Shown: piece after piece, positions 61,967 to 64,000 of the stretch
Layout: each line of letters begins with the position of its first letter
How positions within the stretch are numbered: the stretch's first letter is position 1
IMG/VR virus record: IMGVR_UViG_3300044986_000368
Source of the DNA: an uncultured virus (IMG/VR IMGVR_UViG_3300044986_000368)
Lineage: Duplodnaviria; Heunggongvirae; Uroviricota; Caudoviricetes
Length of the DNA: 64,000 nt
Direction: 5' to 3' (one strand)
Program-made: the position numbers and the translations under genes
The notes under the pieces: generated by a model
What the model was told of the DNA's origin: nothing
The model's database searches: none
What the model saw: the letters and a program-made list of their open reading frames with translations, nothing else

Positions 61967-63237
61967 GCGTTGAAAATCTTCTCCCAACTTCTAAATTGTC
62001 TCAAAAGGACAAATATACTTTGGCATGGGAAACGCTAAAGCCATCATATTCAGATGACGCCAGAGCGCACGCTAAGTGTTGGTTAACATACAGATGTTTT
62101 GATGGCGAGGTAACATACGCTGATTGGATTCAGCATGTTCGGGATATTAAATTAAACCCTTCATCACGATGGGTTGGATCGTTGCATTTTGCATTTGGTC
62201 TATGCCTTTTTCGGCAAGGAAACTTGGTAGATGCAATAAGCTGTTTTGAACAATGCAGGTCTTTAATTCAGACACCCGAATGCACTTTGAATGCACTAAG
62301 GAGCGCATGTATTTTGTGCAAATATCACCTTCTGTCAGGGGATAAAATTGCGGCAACTCATGTGATTTTTGACACACTGCATAAGTGGCAAATGTTAATT
62401 GCTGGCTTCAATTTCTTGAAACATCCTCAATGGATCATTGATGGAGGCGGTGATTCGTTGCCGATTCATTTATTGCTTCGTTCTGCTGGACACGCTGGTT
62501 TAACAAAATTTGACATCCAACATTGGATTCTTGAGCAAGAGTCTCACCAGAATCACCTTCCTTGGAAGAGATGCTATGATGAGTTGGTCAATCCAATTGA
62601 TATTGGCAAGGCATGGATTGTGGTATGCCGACACTCAGATGAGTTTAATCTTTCGCAGGCTGCTAACATCAAAAAGCAGTTTGAAAAATTTGTTACCAGA
62701 ACTGATTGGAGGTTTATTTGTCTTACTGACAAGCCGTCAGAAAACTGGCATTTGCCGCTGAAATCAGAAAAAATGGGGTGGTGGTCAATTATGGAGTCCT
62801 TTCAATTTAAGGGGCCGCATATATTAACTGGTCTGGATTCAATCATAATGGGCGATGTTTCGCCATTGCTTGATCTTGCGGAAGCGTGTCCAAAAGACAC
62901 CCTGTATGGAATAAGAGACTTTTATCAACCCCACGAATGGGCATCTGGTGTCACTATATGGAATGGCAATTGGCGAAAGTTAGATGAAATTTGCACGGAA
63001 AAACAAATGAAATCGCATCGCGGCAATCAAGAGTTTACTCGATACGCGGTCAAAACTGGATTGATTTTCAATCGAAAGCTGAACTTCATTCAAGATAAAA
63101 TTGATGGCATCATTTCCTACAAAAGAGATGTGAGAGATGCAGGTTTGAAGAACCCCCCAGAAGGTACACGAATTTGTTGTTTTCACGGAAAGCCAAGACC
63201 TTGGGAAATTAAAGCTGATTGGATACCAACCACATGA
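61963..63237 (+). CDS. Helical (TPR-like) N-domain fused to a GT-A glycosyltransferase
   Basis: FICLTD, GWWS.ME.F, LDSII.G, IRDF, SGV..W, ICCFHGKPRPW. Confidence 0.8.
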   Translation: MSVENLLPTSKLSQKDKYTLAWETLKPSYSDDARAHAKCWLTYRCFDGEVTYADWIQHVRDIKLNPSSRWVGSLHFAFGLCLFRQGNLVDAISCFEQCRSLIQTPECTLNALRSACILCKYHLLSGDKIAATHVIFDTLHKWQMLIAGFNFLKHPQWIIDGGGDSLPIHLLLRSAGHAGLTKFDIQHWILEQESHQNHLPWKRCYDELVNPIDIGKAWIVVCRHSDEFNLSQAANIKKQFEKFVTRTDWRFICLTDKPSENWHLPLKSEKMGWWSIMESFQFKGPHILTGLDSIIMGDVSPLLDLAEACPKDTLYGIRDFYQPHEWASGVTIWNGNWRKLDEICTEKQMKSHRGNQEFTRYAVKTGLIFNRKLNFIQDKIDGIISYKRDVRDAGLKNPPEGTRICCFHGKPRPWEIKADWIPTT

Positions 63238-63455
63238 AATACACCACCCCGCAAATCATCGCCATGATGCTCGATTGGAAGTCTTGGCGCGAGGACGAAG
63301 GCTATCTCACCAATGGCCGCGTGAAGATGTTCTACGGCATCCGGGCATACGAGTGCGTTGATTTCTATCCCAAAGTCCTGTGGGATTGTAATGCGCTCAG
63401 CTACTTTCTAACCCGTCCGTTTTGGTGGTATTTGAACCGAAAAGTCAGGTCTTGA
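63234..63455 (+). CDS. Hypothetical protein (~73 aa, MKYTTP...)
   Basis: ATGA overlap with the GT gene. Confidence 0.5.
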   Translation: MKYTTPQIIAMMLDWKSWREDEGYLTNGRVKMFYGIRAYECVDFYPKVLWDCNALSYFLTRPFWWYLNRKVRS

Positions 63456-63489
63456 CCTCCTACTTATTTCCCGTAAGCTAGGAGCTATT

Positions 63490-63717
63490 ATGCCATACCC
63501 CAAGGTCAATCTTCTAGGAAAACGATTCGGACACCTCAAAGTTGTCGAGTTCATGGAGCGCAATGCGCACTGCAACTCGATCTGGGCCTGCGTTTGCGAC
63601 TGCGGCGAATTGACCACGGCATACTACCAGCACCTTGTTCAAGGTGATAAGAAGTCCTGCGGGAAGTGTGGAATCATCAAGCGCGGGGTGAAAAAAGGGA
63701 CGAAAAGAAAGGCTTAA
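63490..63717 (+). CDS. Stand-alone zinc-ribbon domain (HNH N-terminal module)
   Basis: NLLGKRFGHL..W.CVCDCG..SCGKC. Confidence 0.7.
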   Translation: MPYPKVNLLGKRFGHLKVVEFMERNAHCNSIWACVCDCGELTTAYYQHLVQGDKKSCGKCGIIKRGVKKGTKRKA

Positions 63718-63932
63718 GCCTCGTTCATCCAGCAACGAGGATCATACACCACGTCCGGGTCAGTCTCCTTCACAATCGGAAAATGCACTTTGAGCCGCAG
63801 GTTGCAATGGCAAGCTGCACACACCTTCAACTCCGCATCCTTGCTCGTCCTCTTTGACCGCATGAAATCCGTCACTTTTGACAGCAAATCCCGTGTATGA
63901 CACCCTATGCAAAACTCAGTGAGTTGATCCGT
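63714..63932 (-). CDS. 3' part of the junction-spanning Cys-rich protein
   Basis: In-frame continuation of 417 to 1. Confidence 0.85.
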   Translation of the reverse strand, partial: TDQLTEFCIGCHTRDLLSKVTDFMRSKRTSKDAELKVCAACHCNLRLKVHFPIVKETDPDVVYDPRCWMNEA

Positions 63933-64000
63933 GTTCTTCGGGCATGTGGCGCAAATAGCAGCCCTGCGTTCGGCCTCCTCTTGGCTTACCTGTCCTTCAT
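63933..64000. repeat. Terminal direct repeat of 1-68
   Basis: Exact identity. Confidence 0.97.

Noticed and set aside
1..64000. Integrase/IntI, reverse transcriptase (DGR/retron), DNA or RNA polymerase, Cas genes
   Set aside because: No R-H-R-Y recombinase, YxDD or polymerase motifs recognised in any ORF; a divergent one cannot be excluded without HMM searches
63933..64000. Biological terminal repeat (T7-like DTR)
   Set aside because: It falls mid-gene and is k-mer sized, so it is most likely assembler overlap of a circular contig

Overview
The window is essentially one complete, circularly assembled tailed-phage genome of 63,932 bp: bases 1-68 recur at 63933-64000, and a 211-aa ORF reads across the junction. 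It looks podovirus-like, with terminase, portal, scaffold, major capsid, tail/fibre genes and three ejection-type proteins, one a 3,809-aa polyvalent protein. It also carries a DnaB/initiator/SSB/exonuclease/RuvC replication-recombination block, several HNH/GIY-YIG endonucleases, two DNA methyltransferases, four glycosyltransferase genes, Dps, a PAS-domain membrane protein, an RNAP alpha-CTD homologue and tRNA-Trp. I recognised no integrase, DNA polymerase or RNA polymerase. The standout observation is two integrase-less arrays of integron attC-like sites (5 sites at 16001-17935, 2 sites at 37456-37916). Their cassette genes all lie on the attC bottom strand, the reverse of canonical cassettes. 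Their start/stop codons and terminal peptides are encoded inside the attC hairpins, and a phage promoter fires into the first array. Other candidates are an overprinted small basic gene inside the giant gene, a circularly permuted tRNA-mimic RNA next to tRNA-Trp, a free-standing RNR-tail-like CxxC peptide, clusters of structured ncRNAs, and a family of near-leaderless sigma70 promoters sharing a palindromic operator. All functional calls come from motif recognition by eye; no searches were run.
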